Source of the DNA: Podarcis erhardii
Lineage: Eukaryota
Length of the DNA stretch: 64,000 nucleotides
Direction: 5' to 3' (one strand)
Assembly (NCBI GenBank): GCA_964252035.1
Contig: OZ176207.1
The translations under genes and the position numbers were made by a program. This document shows positions 11,661 to 24,700 of the stretch, piece after piece. The notes beneath the pieces were generated by a model, which made no database searches, was not told where the DNA came from, and saw nothing but the letters and a program-made list of their open reading frames with translations. Within the stretch, counting starts at the first letter, position 1. Every line of letters begins with the position of its first letter.

Positions 11661-14600
11661 TCCTTATATGTGTGTGTATTCTCCTTGCGAAAGCCACTTT
11701 GTATGTTGGAGATGAAGCGAGTTCTTAGTTATTTGGAATGGGCTAAGCTCTGCAATGAATTGTGACAGTTATTGTAGCATGTGGTCCCAACTGTAAAGGT
11801 AGGAATGTTTAAATTGAGGCTGTCAAAATGAATTTTGAATTGCACTTCCCTCTGGTACATGCTAGCAGACAACCCCCTCTTATGATCTTAAAGCTTGCAT
11901 TGCACAGAAATGCTTAGGTTCCCCCTTACTCCTCTTAAGCACTAAATCATTCATGAGAGCATTACTACTTATTTATCTGAGCATCAAAACATAAACGTCC
12001 ATTTTGTCTGAGTAGATTCTACTGATGCTCTTCTCCATCCTTAACCTCATTTTCACAGCACCTCCATTTTTACTCACTATGGAATGGAAAAATAATAGTG
12101 TAATTAATATATTAAAAATGTAACATTAGCAAACTAACTGCAGATTTTTTAAAAAAGGAGAAGTTCCCGAAATAGCCATTCTCTAGTCACTTAATCTCTT
12201 TGATTGTTATTATCTTAAGGTTAACAGACACACACGAGGACATGTGGATGTGATCTAAATCTGTTGGAGATATAGAGGGACTTTTGCAACGCAGCAGTAT
12301 TACATTTTACTCAATGGGACATATTTAGAAATATATTTCTAATGATATGCAACACTTGTTATCCAGAGGTTCTAATGAGGTATTCTCGTTTGCTTATGTT
12401 AATAATGAAATGTAAGGAGATGAAGTGCAAGTTGCTCTGGGAGTTCTGAATGGAACACTACCTTTCATGTTGCAAACACTGGTACTTGTATTGCTTCTCT
12501 CCCTGCTCCCTGAGGTAACAGACCACCTTTAAGCAATGTGGTGTGAATATCATATGAAAAGCCTTATGTGTCTTGTGTGTGTAGGGGAAGCATATGTATG
12601 TCATTGCCTAACCAAGATGCTAGTGCTCTTTAGAACTTTGTAATTCTGGCAGCAGTAGCCTTTTACCCAACTCAAAGCCACAGCCGATGTATATACATAG
12701 CCATTTAGTAATTAATACTACACAGATTCCGCTTTAATCAGTGTGGTCCTTTTTTGAAAATTAGGTTTGTGTACATAGGAGCTAAGTAGGATGGTTTAAA
12801 TTCTTATGGATTTAATTTTCTCTCTATACCTGTGATATTCAATCCCAGGTTTCACAGATCCGGCTCCCTGTTATTAGCACATTGGATTTTTTCAAAAGCC
12901 AGGCCTGCGTAAATGGCTTTTATATGGATATTTGTGAATTCATAGTGAGTTTAAACACAACAGCCATTGTGGTCCTTATGAGATGCTAATCTTTCAAGCT
13001 TCATTGTATGGAGATCATTGTGGGAATCCCATTGTTTGGATAGCGTACTGTCTCAAGATCTGATTGACTACTATATGAATCACTGGTAAGAAATAAGCTA
13101 CTGACAAAACAATTACCGACTTTCTTCTTCAAAGAGTGACAGTAAAATTGCCTTTGGGTTAAAATACTAGCTGCTAATTGTTGATCACTGCCCTGAGCCA
13201 GAAGCTGCAGGCATTATTCATAAACACATTTTCAGAATTATTTTAACCCTGAGGCAAATATATTTCTGATGTTATTACCTCGAATCCAATCATGAATTCT
13301 GTTTCTCAGTCAAGAGAGGATCTGAGTTAGTAATCTGATGCATGTTTACAATTCCCAGTAGCAAGTTTACCGAAGAGGTATCATTTTGCTGCTTTGTAAA
13401 ATACTCGGGAATTTGAAGAAATTGAAGCAGCAGTACAAAGTTTTGTTGAGACATTGAAGTAGGAAGAATATCTGTTTGAAAGGCACCAGTCCTTAAACTT
13501 GATCAAGTGCTGATGAACACATTAACCATGCCATCCCTCCCGCACCAAGCAGAATGTCTTTGTAATGAAGTAAAGCAGTGGTTTTTCATGTTAGACTAGA
13601 ATGGCCAAGTTCACTGTACTGTGAATACCTGCTCTCTTGAATTTGCAGCATGCTGCCAGTGTTCCGTAAACGTCAACGCACCATGTGTAGGCATATCTGT
13701 AATGGAGCTTCACATGAATTAGATCCTGACAATGGCCTTACATATCTTACAGGCAACAACTGATTGGTCACGGCAACCTGGAAGTGGCCAGAAAAGGGGG
13801 TGGAACAGAGCTGGGGCATAACGGGGCGCAGCAGGTTTGTGTGCAAGGAGAACAAGCAGGGTGCAGGTCCTCTGTGTGGAGAAGATGGAGAAATGCTATT
13901 GGGTGACAGAGATACGATGGAGCTGCTCAACACCTACAGTACTTGTGTATATGCAGTTTCATGGACCTACTACCTGTATCCAAGCATTTTGATCAGCTTC
14001 TCTGGGTACAGCCACATCATGTGAATATCTATTGGAGATGCATATCTGATTTTCACTTTATTGCTTGCAGACAGCAATATTTAATGTTGTGCCAGGCTTG
14101 CAGAATAGGGATTCTCTTTGCAAATAATTGCTCTGAACTGGCTTCATTGTGTGTTGGCTGTGTTTCAAGTTCTGATAGGTAAAGTTTGCAAAGGCGTGGT
14201 ATACCCGACTACAATTTATTTCCATCTGTAGTAAGAAGATTTGAGCTCGTTGGGGTAGAGAGTAGCAAGAAAATCTGGGAACAAAACACCTTTAAAATAA
14301 TATTTAGTTGTAATTTAGGTTTGGGTAGGTTGTGTTTGGTTTTCTATCAGAACAACTGCATGCATTCCATCTGCTCTCTTTCTCTCCAACATTTATTACA
14401 AAAGCAGATTGTTAGTTAAGGTAATTGTTATGCTGCCCATTTTCCTTTCTTCTTCATTCAAGCTTACACAGTTTTTATTTGAAAGCCAAGACTGTCAGAG
14501 GTCTGTTTACTTTATCTCACTCATATGCTATGAAAATGAATGGCATTTGTAGAACACACAAACTATTTTTTGTTGGATCCTGCATCTATGATTTATGACC

Positions 14601-15257
14601 AACATGTATCCCTGATTTCCTTGCAAGAGGGATCTTTATTGTCTTTGTGTACTAACTCATAGCAGAAGAACTTGTCTGTTTTGAGCTAAGCCAGACCTCT
14701 TGTAAAAAGAATCAAATTATTTCATCATGTTGGAAATGAAAAGCTATAATTACTTGTAATTAGACTTCAGAATTTTTGAAATTGGGGAATTCTTTTCCAG
14801 AGGTTTAAGATCACTCCAAATCAGTACCGTTGGAAAATAGGAAATAATTTTCTGTTCAATTTGAAATTGATTCAATTTATGCTTTGACAGCTATTTTTCT
14901 GCTTTGATATTTTTGGTGAGGGGAAAGGGCTGAACTACAATGATTAATGCGATGTTTGCAGTCGTTCTATACATTTGTTTAGTCACAACTTGTTGATGCA
15001 TTTCTTTAAGCCTATATCTTAAAAGGAACATTAAAGGTGCAGTTATTTTCCTGCTCACTTTTCTATGCCATGTGTATTATATACTGTTGTTCTAATGAAA
15101 ACTTTCCCAAGAGGCACACAGAACATATATATATCAACACAGTACACAAAAATACATAATCCTGAAACAATTAATAAGAACCCACACTCTAAAAATATGA
15201 TAAAAACAGCATCAGCATCAGTTAAAAGTCTTCATGAAAAGGAACATTTTCATCTTT

Positions 15258-15389
15258 GAGTGGGGAGCCTGTGGCCCTCAAGATGTTGTTGGACAGCTGC
15301 CATCATCCATGAAGATTAGTGATGTTGGCAAAGGCTGATGGCAGCTGGACTCCAACAACACCTGGAAGGCTGCAGGTTGTCTACCCCTC
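15258..15389. mobile_element. Palindromic hAT-derived MITE, degraded
   Basis: Ends GTGGGGAGCCTGTGGCCCTCAAGATGTTGTTGGA and TCCAACAACACCTGGAAGGCTGCAGGTTGTCTACCCCT are imperfect inverted repeats. Resembles a common lizard MITE. Confidence 0.75.
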
Positions 15390-16010
15390 TGAAGGTGGGG
15401 TGATGGTGATGAGGTGGCTTTGGGGACTACTTTAGGGAGATCATTTGTATAGAATTGGTGCCATCAATGGAAAAGCTTTGCTTCTCCCATTCTAGCAGGT
15501 CTCACTTTCTGGCTAGAGGGACCAGAGTCTCTTCAGGAGATTCATATGGGAGCAAGCACTTTCTAAATTATACTGGTATAAATCATACACGGTTTAGTTG
15601 TTAAAGGTAATCAGGAGTTTGAGTTAGTCTCAGGAATACAGCCAGTACAGCCATGTGGAGAGCACTCTCTTATACACAAATCTTAGAATTTTATTTAAAA
15701 TGTTGCTTAACTACCTTTCATGAAAAGATTCCAGAGCAATGTATGAAAGTGTGAATAAAACTCAAACAAGTTTGTTTAGTGGTCTGGTGTAGTTACCTAA
15801 ATGGAAATCTGTCTTGGCTTTATTATTATTATTTTGGAAGCAAACGAAAACAGCAAGTTCACATTTGCAAAAATTTAAGATGGGCAAAAGAGTTGTTTTC
15901 AATTTTAAAAAAAGTTTCATTGAGTTCTGCAAGGAGGTAAAGTGTCAATTCTCAATGAAACACACACCCCGCCCCCCCTGCCATGAATGGGTCTTCTAGC
16001 ATGGGATCCT

Positions 16011-16024
16011 TGAATGAATGAATG

Positions 16025-16069
<45 letters not shown>
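16011..16069. repeat. Compound microsatellite (TGAA)4 + (GA)n
   Basis: Directly visible. Confidence 0.95.
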
Positions 16070-16072
<3 letters not shown>

Positions 16073-16152
16073 GAGTGGAACCTTACATGCAGGGGTCAGA
16101 GATTAGCACCCAGTGGTTCTCCATTGCTTAACAGAACATCTGAATCTATATA

Positions 16153-16411
16153 CTGTATTTTTTGCTCTATAAGACTCACTTTTTCCCTCCTAAAAAGCAA
16201 GGGGAAATGTGTGTGCATCTTATGGAGCGAATGCAGGCTGCGCAGCTATCCCAGAAGCCAGAACAGGAAGAGGAATTGCTGCTTTCACTGCGCAGCGATC
16301 CCTCTTGCTGTTCTGGCTTCTGAGATTCAGAATATTATTTTTCTTGTTTTCCTCCTCCAAAAACTAGGTGCATCTTGTGGTCTGGTGCGTCTTATAGAGC
16401 GAAAAATACGG
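16153..16411. mobile_element. Tc1/mariner-type MITE, copy 1
   Basis: TIRs of about 23 bp (CTGTATTTTTTGCTCTATAAGAC / GTCTTATAGAGCGAAAAATACGG) flanked by a TA TSD. Highly similar to 60803-61062. Confidence 0.9.
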
Positions 16412-17449
16412 TACTTCTTTATTCAGCAGGTGATAACCACTGTCAGTACTGACTGTGATGATTTGTTTGGCTCAGTGCAGGAGGCTTTTTCCATTTAGAG
16501 TTGGTGTATGCAAGTTTGTGTATAATTCCCCTCCCCATAATACTGAATTAAATAATTAGATAATGTAACTTATTCTTACTCAGTTCGCTTTTTGCCATAA
16601 ACTTGTCTTGATCCCACAAGTATGAAGTGAAGAAGACTAAAACTCCAGAGCTGACAGGCAATCAAAGGAGAGAGACTTGTTCTTGACACCTCTCATCTAG
16701 CTGAAACTTCCATTTTGATTCTCACAATTCTAGGCGTCAGAAAAATTATACCCACAGTAAAAATGCTCAAATTGGCAACCCTTGTTAGAATTTGTTGCAG
16801 TCAGTTAGATGAGGTAACTGCTCAGGCAGGAAGGTGGATTGTACATATTCACCTCTGAATGTCTTTTTAAAGCTGCTGTACAGATTGATTTTGAAACAGC
16901 AGCTTATCTAAAATGAGAGGCACTGAGCTCAAGCTCACTTAGAAATCTCATGTTACGGGTGCCACGCACACGCACACCAACTTGAAAGCCCATTTCTTCT
17001 AATCTCAATTTGATAATTTTTGCCTACAGTTAATTCAATAGCAGGGGAAGAGCATTCTGTACATGTTTAAACCCCTTCTGGTCTTCTCAGTCTTGGCACA
17101 AATTAAGCCCTAGGTAAATTGATGGGATAACTCTACCAAACCACTTGCAGCAGTTCAATCAATCTTTCACTTATTGTATTTGACTAAAAGCCAGTTATCA
17201 ACCACCTGTTTAGTAAAAGGTGCTAGAATGACCACATGTAATTAAAAGTGTGTCCATTAGCAAATCCAACAATGTGCAACCCATGGATGACAGTGATTGT
17301 GTGTTTGATCTTGTATGTTAACTCACACACATATGTGTTACTCCTTAGTAAAACTTAAATTACTCTTAACTGTGACACTTGCCATTAAAGTCTCTGCGAG
17401 GTTTTTTGCATGTGTTTATGGTGTTAAGTCAGTGGGACCACACCACCTT

Positions 17450-17690
17450 TCTTTTCTGTTATTTGCCTGTGGCCTTAAAACCCAACTTCGTTAATTTAAC
17501 ATTAAAAACATAAAACATAACAACTAAAACGCAGCTGTATACATGCAGTGTAAAACACCGCAATAAAATGGACAATAAGCATAAAATAAAAAATGAACAT
17601 GAAAATAAAATAGTAAAATAAAACAAGAATAAAATCAGCAATAGAACAGCAGTAATAACTGCATTAATCAGTTTGGCTTTTCTTGGTAAG
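17450..17690 (-). mobile_element. Probable LINE (L2-type) 3' UTR remnant
   Basis: A-rich TAAAA/CAATAAAA low-complexity tract typical of reversed squamate L2 3' UTRs. No diagnostic coding motif. Confidence 0.35.
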
Positions 17691-18096
17691 GAATCCCACC
17701 ATGTAGGTATGGAGAAGACCATGTTTCTGCCCTAACGTGTTATCTGGGAAACATACAGAACAGGCAGGGGGACCAGATAACAGAAACATCATAATCCTTA
17801 GTAGCTTATACATTCCACTCTCCAACTCATTATCTCTTGACAGGACACCCCTTGCCCCAAGGCTTACAATCTCAGGAGATACGTCACAAAAGGAAGAGGG
17901 ACTGGGAGTTAGCAAGGAAAAGCAAGCTGAGGCACTAATTATTAGTTATACAATAGGAACATAGAACCCTGCCACAGACTATTGGTGCATCCAGCTCAAT
18001 ACAGCTTACCGCAGCAGTGGGGAACCTTTTTTGAGAAAGCTGTTTTAACTTTGTTAAAAACAGTCAGGGACCACATTCCAGTAGTGAACAGAGACA

Positions 18097-18474
18097 TAAA
18101 GGTAAAGGTAAAGGTACCCCTGCCCGTACGGGCCATTCTTGACAGACTCTAGGGTTGTGCGCTCATCTCACTCTAGAGGCCGGGAGCCAGCGCTGTCCGC
18201 AGACACTTCCGGGTCACGTGGCCAGCGTGACGAAGCTGCTCCGGCGAACCGGCACCAGAGCAACACACGGAAACGCCGTTTACCTTCCCGCTATAAAGCG
18301 GTACCTATTTACCTATTTATCTACTTGCACCCAAGGGTGCTTTCGAACTGCTAGGTGGGCAGGAGCTGGGACCGAACGATGGGAGCTCACCCCGCCGCGG
18401 GGATTCGAACTGCCGACCATGCGTTCGGCAAGTCCTAGGTGCTGAGGTTTTACCCACAGCGCCACCCGCGTCCC
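18097..18474 (-). mobile_element. Sauria SINE, full length, young
   Basis: The reverse complement begins GGGACGCGGGTGGCGCTGTGGG, has a tRNA-like B box (GTTCGAATCC) and ends in an (ACCTTT)n tail. TSD GAACAGAGA(C/A)ATA at 18086-18098 and 18478-18490. Many CpGs are retained. Confidence 0.93.
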
Positions 18475-18586
18475 ACGGAACAGAGAAATACCCATACTCA
18501 ATTTCTCATGGAAACAGAGCCATATAATCAATTGTTTTAACTCCCTGCATGTTTCAGCTTCCATTTTCTCCCTAGATGTTGCCGAC

Positions 18587-18646
18587 ATCATCATCTTCTT
18601 CTTCGTCTTCCTCTTCTTCTTTTTCTGCCTCCTCCTTCTCCTCCTC
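18587..18646. repeat. Imperfect (CTT/CCT)n pyrimidine tract
   Basis: Directly visible. It explains the R/K-rich minus-strand ORF. Confidence 0.85.
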
Positions 18647-19319
18647 ACAAAGCTTGCAATGGCTGCTGAGTCTGTTTAGGGTTTAGGGCATTTTCTCCAT
18701 CATGGCAGGCTACTAATTCCAACCACAACACATATAAATGTGTCCTCTGAAGAAATGGTAATCTTTTAAAATTTCGTATATATGCTACCTAGCACCTCAA
18801 CGTAACTGACAAAATTAGATCTAACCAGGGATCTCTAGCCTGGCAGGTACCAAAAAAACCCCCTTGTCACCCAGGCAGGTTATTTAGTTATTCCCTGCGC
18901 TGTTTGATGGTGTGTTTTTGTGTTTGTGATAAACAAGCATGATACGATTATATCAAATCATTCGTCAAACCCAAGCCCTTTATCTGACTCTTTCCTTTTT
19001 ATTGGTTCATATTATGGTGGATAGTTGTTCTTTTAAATAATGGTTTTATTTTTGTAGATATCATGAAAAAAGCTACTGCCATTTGTCAGTGTATTTTATA
19101 AATCATAGGTTAGGACACTTACATTCTCCATAGTTTTTCTTGAATCTTGTATGCATAGCTGTATTTCTGGTTTTATCTGGAGTTAAAACTACAGATAACA
19201 ATGTATGCTTTAGTCGTAGGTGAAATCTGTACTTTGTCACATTATGTATGATCTGCTTGTGTATGCATGTGTGTGTGTACTCCCTCAATGATAGCTACCA
19301 CCATTGCTCTATTCATTGG

Positions 19320-19745
19320 CTTTTTTATTTTTATTTATAGAAGTATTTATATGCCGCCTATTACAGTCTGTCTCAAGGCAGTATGAAATTTCAGTAATAT
19401 AAATAACATACAGTGGAGAACCCCAGAGGCACCGCATTACTGCCAATAATCCGGTTTAGAGGCTGCCAGTATGTGGATGACAGTAGCCAGGCTATCCCAG
19501 TCCAGAAATGGGCACAGTTGAAGCTGGTAGAAGACTCTCCTAGCCACCAGAGCCACTTAGGCTTCCAAGGACAAAGACGAATAGAGATAGGACAACCCAC
19601 CTACAACAGACACATTACCCAAATCACAGACCTGGGGACCACTCACCCATAGCACCGCTGTCTTGTCAGGATTCAATTTCAGTTTGGCCCTCATCCAGCC
19701 CATTACTGCATCCACTGGAGACACCGTTTTAGGATGCACATGACC
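19320..19745 (-). mobile_element. L2 LINE 3' fragment, internally deleted
   Basis: Minus strand reads VMGWMRAKLKLNPDKTAVLWV (end of L2 RT), then DSLATVIH, then an L2 tail (GCCTTGAG...AGGCGGCATATAAAT...AATAAAA). Confidence 0.85.
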
Positions 19746-20769
19746 TCATCTGAATCAGATGTACAGAAAAATACAACTGACACTGTGTTATTGACCAGCC
19801 TGTCAATCTCCTAATGACCAGTGGTGGCTGCTGCCCATTGGGACCAACAGTAGGTGATGCTAGACCAAATGACAGGCAGAGCCAACTAATTCTAGTTTTA
19901 TACCCTGCGTCCTCCCTGCAGAGTACTACATTGGTGGACCCCAGACCAAATTAGCTCCCAAACCAGACCTGAATCTAAATTAAGTCTAGAAAATCCATTT
20001 TTTCCTAAATGGGCTGTTGCCATCCTCTCAAGCATCTTGTCCAGGAGAAGTATTTGTGACCGAGCGGCAGTTACCCAAAAACTCAGGATCCAGGATGGGT
20101 TTTAAAGCAGAGGCCTATGACCACATATTTCATGATGATTGGCACTGCTCTTCATGCAGTCACATGATCACCACACCCTGGAACACGCCCGCCCCTGAAG
20201 AGTGGCTGACAAGTCGTCAGCTGAACAGATGCAAGCACCTTGCTTACATGCTTGGGCCCTCAAAACTGAAAATGATCCTGCAAGATCTTAACAGGTGGTG
20301 CATTGGACCACCATTCAGGACCTGTCACAACAATAGCATCCAAGTCACGTTACGTTATTATGGGAAAGTGAGTCAAAAAGAGAAATGTGCAGAATGGATC
20401 TTAACTTCTTAGTATTACTGCTATTTTGTTTGGCTGTAACATCATGAAGTATTTTTTTACATATATACTAAGAAAAGTGCCGAATACATTACCATCTTAA
20501 TTTACCTTCACAATTAACTGCAAAGTGGTTAATTTGAGTGTCTTGCTGCAGTTCACTTGGCAAGCATTGTGGGAAAGCTGTGATTTTGAATCTGGGATTT
20601 TCTATTCAGACCTTAATATCTTTTCCGTAGCAGCGCAACAGCTTTCTTACTAATAGGATGAGGACAAATCATTTGCTCAGTTGTGGAATACAGAGATGAT
20701 TGGGGTGGTTGACACAATTGCATGTAAGTGTCTTTTGTTTCGACTGGCAGATTTTAGAAAGCTTCAGGA

Positions 20770-21570
20770 TATCCCTTGGAGCTAAAAGCAATAATGCAGA
20801 GGGAAAGAAAGCTTGCATGCAGATGGGGGGAAACTACCAACCGATGTAATCAAACACTGGTACATGCTCAAATTCAAGCCTACTCAGTGATGATGAAGAA
20901 AATGTATTTCTCCACCTCCATTGCGTCCTTGGTTTGCCATCTAACTGAGCTGTTCAGGTGGCTAAAGATTGATTACATATTGCCCCTAGGGAGGTGGTAA
21001 ATCCTGTCCAGGAGTTTGAGGCTTCTCGTGGATCAATTTCTGTCAGCAGAGACATATGTTGCCTCTGTGGTGCAGACAGCCTTCCTACCAGCTTAAGCCA
21101 GTGGCCTCACTATGACCCGATCTCAACAGGGCCAAGTTGGCTACAGTAATCTGTGCCCTGAGAACCTCAGGGTTAGACCACGGCAATGCACTTTATGTGG
21201 GGCTGCCTTTGAAAACAGCCCAGAAGTTTCAGTTAGTGCATAAGGTGGTTGCCTGGCTGTTGACAAGCTCAAGGCGAAGAGATTATATAGCATCATTTCT
21301 GCTGCCTGTATGCTTATGAGCCCAATTCAAAGTAATGGTTTGACCTATGAAGTTGTTTACCAATGCCATCAGGACAGAAATTCACCTGGAATTTCTGTCG
21401 TGATATGAACCTACTTGGACGCTTTGGTCTTCATCTGAGGCCCTTCTCCATGTCCCTCCTTTGAGGGAGGTTCAGAGGATGATAGTAAGGAAGAGGTCCT
21501 TTTCAGTTGTGGTTTGTTCTTTGTGGGTGCTCTTCCTAGTGAGGTCTGTTTGACACCTTCACTGATTAAA
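20770..21570 (+). mobile_element. L2 LINE ORF2 fragment lacking the RT core
   Basis: ELKAIMQRERKL...YFSTSIAS...ELFR (pre-RT linker) is joined to ATVICALRTSGLDHGNALYVGLPLKTAQKFQLV (~ATVxHALVTSRLDYCNALYVGLPL, post-RT). Confidence 0.85.
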
Positions 21571-21601
21571 TGGCAGCTGTAGGACTAATTATAGTATTAT
21601 A

Positions 21602-21745
21602 TATTTATTTCACTACATTTGCATCCCACATTTCTTCTTCATAAAACCCAAGACAGCATAAATGTGGTTCCCAGCTGTGTGGTCACCTATACAGACAATG
21701 GTCAGACCAAGCCCTGCTCAGCTTCTTCAAAGTTGGCTTCAGATT
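21602..21745 (-). mobile_element. 5S rRNA-derived SINE remnant with L2-type tail
   Basis: The reverse complement GAAGCTGAGCAGGGCTTGGTCTG...GACC...CTGGGAA...TGCTGT aligns loosely to 5S rRNA (GAAGCTAAGCAGGGTCGGGCCTG...GACCGCCTGGGAA...TGCTGT). It is followed by GTGGGATGCAAATGTAGTGAAATAAAT. Confidence 0.55.
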
Positions 21746-24700
21746 ATGCTCTGGAACTAATTAGACACAATGTACAAGTCTCCCATCTCATGGGATCACT
21801 TGTACTAGCTTATCTGTCTTCATCTAAAACCTTTTCAGGATGTGGTATTTTAGACTTCTCTTAAACTTGAGTCTTAGGGTATGTCTGCATTGTGGTGTTA
21901 ATGGTCAGCACAGCTGAAAAATTACATTCATGGTTAATATTTGCAAATGACTGTGAGACTGAACTTACACCAATTTATTACAAAGTCAATAATCAGCTCA
22001 GAAATGAAAAAGGTTAGGAATTATTAGATTTTCAGAGAAAAGTACTAATGTTATGACCTATCTAATATCATATAGTTACAAAAATGCCATAAAGTGATTT
22101 TTTTTTTTAAAAACCCTCTTATTTATAGTCAGTAGATGGCTTATTCGCTCATCTTACTACTTATACTTCTATGAACTGTTAATTAATACTTTTGCAGTAA
22201 TTATAGAATATTTTAAATATACATTATTCTTCTGAATTTTAAGAGGCTAGAATTTTTTTCAAAAAAATTAATTTATAAGGATAATAGAACTGACCTTCAG
22301 TTTCATAAATTGTATAATAAAGAGGTGTTTTTTTATTTAAAATCTTTACATTCTGATAGTTTTTAATAAGGAGAAGAACCTTATGGATTTTTATACTTTT
22401 TCCTGTTTTAAATCGGGTCTCAGTGATATAAAAGAAGATTCTGTTCTCTGCCATGAGGAGAATGCTTGTCCTTGAAAAGTGATCAGAGGATCTTGTGTCT
22501 TCTTACTATGTTAAGCAAAATTCCTTTATCTCCATGTAGTACTGTTTGGCTAAGTAGCACATTAACACGTAGTCAGCCTGATGCTTGTGGGTAGAGCTTT
22601 CCATACCAGACCCAGCTGCTGATTATGTTGAGCGTACTGACATCCACAACTCCTGTTCATCCATAAGATCCTTAGGCTGGATCTACCTGAAGCGCCAAAC
22701 TATACTCATGTGACATTCATTATATGCTCTGTTGCATCTATAGATAGTTAAGAAGAAAAGAAAAGAAAAGTTGTATTGGCTGGAGTGACTTAAAATTAAT
22801 GGGATCAGAGCAGCCTTGGAAGTGGGGATTTTACCCTTTCTTCCCCTGCAGAAACTCTGTATTCTGAAGCTCATAATTGATTTGGTACAAATATATTGTG
22901 CCAGTGGAGATCTGCTTTCCCCTCCTTTGCAAACCAGAAGAGGGGAGATCTACAGGAATGCAGCAAGGGAGGAAAGGGTTAAATTCCCTCTCTATATCTC
23001 ATCTGCTCTGTTATAATTATAAGTTCCCCTGTGTAATTTGCATTTTTGATAACCTTCATATAGATCTAACAGAGCGTTTAATGTTACATGTAGTAGTTTT
23101 GCCGTTAAGTTGGTTGAACGTTGGTCCTATTGACATTATCAGAAGTTAGTCCAAGTTAAATTCCGTTGATTCATTAGAAACCCGGTGCAATGGGCTTGGT
23201 CTCGATAGAAGCCTCTCTGATATTGCACTCTGGGAACCTGGATGACCTTGTGCAAAGGGGCCATCCTGCCTGGCCAAAAGAGTTAGCCTATGATCTTGCA
23301 CACCTTGGGTTTTACATAGCAGCATCAAGTTTCTAATTGTTGCTACTCCAGACCTGAGGCATGTGCACACTGCAACAGGAAGTGTCTGCATTGCAAGGAG
23401 TGTTTTCTGAGCTGCGTAGCTGCAATGGGAAGGGGGGGGGGGAGCGTGATAGGGAGGCAGGTTAGGGTGGTTTTTCTTATTAGTGCACATTGAAAGTCCA
23501 CAAAAAATATGAAATAGCATCTCACGAGCACAAACAGGGGTTGTTGTTTTTCCATTGCTGCCACCACCATTTTTTTTGGGGGGGGGGGTGGGTTTGGGAG
23601 GGACAGATCTGCTTAAAGGGACAAAGAAAGCTGTGGTGGTTTTAAATACATAAAACCTGGCTGGTTTTTCCAGTTCTCCTTTACTTACACACTCATCTGC
23701 TGAAAGATTTTAAATCGGTAACAGATTGAGAGGATAATTTTTTAAAATCTAAATTTGCCATCTGAGTGGGGATTGTCTTAAACCTCTGACACCTCTCCCC
23801 ACCCTGCCAGTCCTGCTATTTAAAAATAAGCAAGAGGTGCTAATGAATTTCAAGGAACTTTCTTGTACTTTTGAAACAGTTGAAACCGAATCCACTATAA
23901 CAATATTTAATCTTTTGATAAGCATTCACAGTGTATTGATTCAGACATGTAGATTTCTTCAATTTGGCTTGTTCCACAGATGTCTTCCGTTGATCTCCTA
24001 AAACTGTCCTTCTGGAAATAAACGGGGGGTCTTGGCAATGCTATTAGTTAAACCTCTGACAAATTTGGCTTTAAAATGAATATTCAATATTGAGTAATGG
24101 AACAGCACTGCTCTTACTATAAATATATCACCTTGTTCATCTAAGCTAACTACATATTAATCATTTGCACCACTGCCAGGTTACTGGTCCAGAACAACGC
24201 TTATTTATTCCTCAGGCAATTCTCTAACTAATAAATAAATTCTGGTGTTGGTGAAGGAAAGAAAAAAATAAAAAGGAAACCTTTTATCTGTTCCATACCA
24301 CTTTTGTGAATATCAGTCATCAGCAAAATGGATGTTAAATTTGCTGTTTCTTTTCGTTCCCACTTATTTGATGCTTCCCTAAAAACTGTATGTTAGGTGA
24401 TAAATTGCATCATGGACTATTACCATGCCGTGTGAGCGCAATCCTGATTTCTGATATACTACAATAATTTAAAACAATTGTTTGTTTACATCCATATGAC
24501 AACAAACAGGTTACTCACATACTTATTGACCCAATTAGTAAAATTTTACATTGTTGCATACTGCTAATATTTTACTCCTTTTAAAATGAGAGGTGCTTAT
24601 TACCTTTTCTTGGATTTCACAGTATTACACTTCCACTTCAGTGGCTATTCTTGCTTAGGTGCACTTTCAAAAATGGTTTCAGTCTTTTGAAGACGATGTG

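Noticed and set aside
13000-13090. Segment ending CTG|GTAAGA, reading SQDLIDYYMNH, vaguely like an SH2 C-terminus
   Set aside because: The rest of the frame has no SH2 motifs and the acceptor is weak.
16022-16498. 158-aa ORF starting with an ER repeat
   Set aside because: It reads through a (GA)n microsatellite and a MITE.
21772-21805. 34-nt hairpin GTACAAGT..TCCCAT-CTC-ATGGGA..ACTTGTAC
   Set aside because: Too short for a pre-miRNA and plausible by chance.
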